Assembly (NCBI GenBank): GCA_964573185.1
Contig: CAZNIQ010000022.1
Coordinates: 1-12,294, forward strand
Length of the DNA: 12,294 nucleotides
Source: Candidatus Woesearchaeota archaeon
GTDB lineage: Archaea > Nanobdellota > Nanobdellia > Nanobdellales > CAZNIQ01
Direction of reading: 5' to 3'
A program made the translations under genes and the position numbers. This document shows, piece by piece, positions 10,379 through 12,294 of the stretch. How positions within the stretch are numbered: position 1 is the stretch's first letter; every line of letters starts with the position of its first letter. The notes beneath the pieces were generated by a model, which saw nothing but the letters and a program-made list of their open reading frames with translations, made no database searches and had not been told where the DNA came from.

Positions 10379-12294
10379 ATGCGAGCTCTGTTCCTTCACT
10401 CCGAGTTCCTTGAAGTAGAAGCCCGTCAAAAGGCTATACCCCAAGCCGAAGAAGTAAAAGAAAGAAAAATTTCTATCCCTGAAGAATCTCTTGTCGTTTT
10501 TGTTGCTGTAGAAAAAGGAGATGACATCTCCTTGTCCGAAGAATTGGCTAAGCACATTGTTGAGATCTCTAAGAAAATTGGTTTGAAAACTAAGAAAATC
10601 GTCTTATATCCTTATGTTCACTTGACAAACAATCCTTCAGATCCTCAAACAGCTTTACAAATTATCCTTAAGACTGAGGAAATTCTCAAGAAAGAAGGAT
10701 TTGACGTAGTTCATGCTCCTTTTGGTTGGTACAAAGCATTTACCATTAAAGTAAAGGGACACCCTCTAGCAGAACTATCAAGAACTATCTTAAAGAAAGT
10801 TAAAAAGGAAGAGAAGAAATTAGAGAAAAGATTCGTCATATTATTTCCTGATGGAAGAGATTATCTTGTTGTAGGAGAAGAAGGAGATAAAGTAAAAGTA
10901 ATAAAATGGAATGTTATAAAAGAAAAAGTAAAGAACTTAAATGAGATTTCAGAGAAGTTACCTGAAGTAAAGGAAGCAGAATATATTGAAAAGAAAATCT
11001 TTAACGAAGACTTTAGAAGATTATTAGATAAAGAGGCTTTGGGTAAGCCCTTTGAAGAAAAGGAAAAGAATCCTATTAATGATATTCTTAAGCGCTTTGG
11101 TTTTGAATGGGAGCCCTTATCTGACTATGGACACATGAGATATAAGCCTTATGCCTCCTTGATTTTTGATCTTGTTTCCGATTATTCCCTTCTTATAACA
11201 AAAGATCTTCCTTTTCCTGTGTTTGTTATCAAAGGAACAAACATGTTCGATCTTAATTCCGGACCCGTAGCTGAACATGCTAAGCTTTTCGGTGAAAGGA
11301 TGTATGAAGTTCAAACTGATAAATCCAAATTCGTTTTAAGATATGCTGCCTGTTTTCAACAGTTCTCAATAGCAAAAGATCTCGTTATTTCTTATAAGAA
11401 CTTGCCTTTTGGGATGTTAGAAATTGCAGATTCTTATAGATTTGAGCAACCCGGTGAAATAGTATTAGGTTTTAGATTAAGGAAATTTGTAATGCCAGAT
11501 TTACATGTTTTCTGTAAAGACTTGGAAGAAGCCAGGAAGCTATTCTTGGTAATGCATAGGAAAATAATGGATGAAATGAAAAAGCTCGGAAGGAATTATG
11601 AGTTATTAATTAACGTTGGTTCTCCGGAATTTTATGAGAAATACAAAGAAATTATTATGGATATTGTAAGAGACGTTAACAAACCTGTTTTGATCTGTAT
11701 TTACCCTCCTGCAGAAGAAAGGTATTGGATCATTAATATAGAATATCACATTGTAGATATCTTGGGAAGGCCCAGAGAAATTGGAACAACGCAAATAGAT
11801 ATAGGAAACGGTAAGAGGTTTGGAATAAAATATGTTGATGAAAATGGCAAGGAACACTATGTTGTAATTTTACATAACGCTATCCTAGGCTCTGTAGAAA
11901 GATATATCTATGCTCTATTCGATACTGCTTTAAGAAAGGAGAAACCAATGCTACCCTTATGGATATCACCCGTTCAAGTTAGAGTTATTCCGGTTTCAAA
12001 AAAATATTTAGATTATGCCAGAGAAATTGCAAAGGAATTAGAAAGAAATAATATAAGAGTTGAGTTAGATGATAGAGATGAGACTCTGAATAAGAAAATA
12101 ATGGATGCGGAGAAACTATGGATACCTTATATTATAGTTGTTGGCAAGAAAGAAAAGGAAAAAGGAATCTTATCCGTAAGAGTAAGAGATCTGAATCAAA
12201 CAAAAGAATACACTCTTCAAGAATTAATCAACGAAATAAAAGAAAAAACAAAAGGATATCCATTTAGACCGTTATATGGTCCTATGGAGTTATC
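10379..12294 (+). CDS. thrS: Threonyl-tRNA synthetase, archaeal full-length type (N-terminal editing domain plus class II catalytic core plus anticodon-binding domain); 3' end runs off the window
   Basis: My translation from the ATG at 10379 is stop-free to the window end (638 codons): MRALFLHSEFLEVEARQKAIPQAEE...LYPYVHLTNNPSDPQTALQIILKTEEILKKEGFDVVHAPFGWYKAFTIKVKGHPLAELSRTI. This segment resembles the Pyrococcus-type ThrRS N-terminal editing domain. Then come RYAACFQQF, SYRFEQPGE..GFRLRKFVMPDLHVF (motif 2) and LHNAILGSVERYIYALFD (motif 3), followed by PLWISPVQVRVIPVS...ELDDRDETLNKKIMDAEKLWIPYIIVVGKKE (anticodon-binding domain). It is absent from the ORF track because it has no in-window stop. 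Confidence 0.93.
   Translation, partial: MRALFLHSEFLEVEARQKAIPQAEEVKERKISIPEESLVVFVAVEKGDDISLSEELAKHIVEISKKIGLKTKKIVLYPYVHLTNNPSDPQTALQIILKTEEILKKEGFDVVHAPFGWYKAFTIKVKGHPLAELSRTILKKVKKEEKKLEKRFVILFPDGRDYLVVGEEGDKVKVIKWNVIKEKVKNLNEISEKLPEVKEAEYIEKKIFNEDFRRLLDKEALGKPFEEKEKNPINDILKRFGFEWEPLSDYGHMRYKPYASLIFDLVSDYSLLITKDLPFPVFVIKGTNMFDLNSGPVAEHAKLFGERMYEVQTDKSKFVLRYAACFQQFSIAKDLVISYKNLPFGMLEIADSYRFEQPGEIVLGFRLRKFVMPDLHVFCKDLEEARKLFLVMHRKIMDEMKKLGRNYELLINVGSPEFYEKYKEIIMDIVRDVNKPVLICIYPPAEERYWIINIEYHIVDILGRPREIGTTQIDIGNGKRFGIKYVDENGKEHYVVILHNAILGSVERYIYALFDTALRKEKPMLPLWISPVQVRVIPVSKKYLDYAREIAKELERNNIRVELDDRDETLNKKIMDAEKLWIPYIIVVGKKEKEKGILSVRVRDLNQTKEYTLQELINEIKEKTKGYPFRPLYGPMEL

Noticed and set aside
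10352-11857. Three minus-strand track ORFs (10352-10555, 11117-11314, 11606-11857)
   Set aside because: All lie antisense within the 638-codon thrS reading frame, which the ORF track omitted because it has no stop inside the window.
352-12100. Other TGATGA/TCATCA occurrences inside coding regions (for example near 352, 1493, 1815, 5438 and 11836) as additional C/D sRNAs
   Set aside because: None is followed by CTGA at a 10-13 nt spacing or by a second box pair. They are just Asp/Glu codon strings such as (L)MK or DE.
1-12294. CRISPR arrays, transposases, integrases, toxin-antitoxin or other defence or mobile modules
   Set aside because: I saw no regularly spaced direct repeats, no terminal inverted repeats flanking a gene, no recombinase or nuclease-defence motifs, and no second copy of the tRNA-Ser 3' end. 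The window looks like core housekeeping DNA.

Overview
Visibly AT-rich archaeal chromosomal segment from a translation-machinery neighbourhood. I did not compute GC content. The structured RNA genes stand out as GC-rich islands, which is typical of AT-rich (hyper)thermophiles. I support 17 protein-coding genes. Five are ribosomal proteins: uL24, eS4, uL5, eL19 and eS24. Six more have recognisable products: fibrillarin, pyruvate kinase, a DHH/DHHA1 phosphoesterase, a NIF3-family protein, a full-length archaeal threonyl-tRNA synthetase, and a 5-formyl-THF cyclo-ligase-family fragment. The last two are cut by the window edges and are absent from the supplied ORF track. The remaining six are unrecognised ORFs, some of them doubtful. 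There is also one tRNA-Ser(GCU). The main hunt result is five candidate box C/D sRNA genes, none of which appears in the ORF track. They sit in the GC-rich patches of the intergenic spacers. Three have fully canonical C/D'/C'/D architecture. One has a degenerate C' box. One has degenerate but mutually compensating C and D boxes. Two of the five flank the fibrillarin locus. Second, the conserved archaeal order L24-S4e-L5-(S14-S8-L6-L32e)-L19e is broken up. Long spacers separate the genes, each gene has its own TATA-like box about 24-28 nt upstream of its ATG (suggesting leaderless mRNAs), and opposite-strand genes are inserted. This resembles genome-reduced, operon-scrambled archaea such as Nanoarchaeota/DPANN, but that lineage guess is weak. 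Third, a perfect 9-bp GC inverted repeat encloses a TATA-like box directly upstream of an orphan gene. Fourth, there is a possible frameshift junction between two orphan ORFs at an A-run. I saw no CRISPR array, transposase, integrase or recognisable defence system. I cannot honestly claim a novel multi-gene system here.
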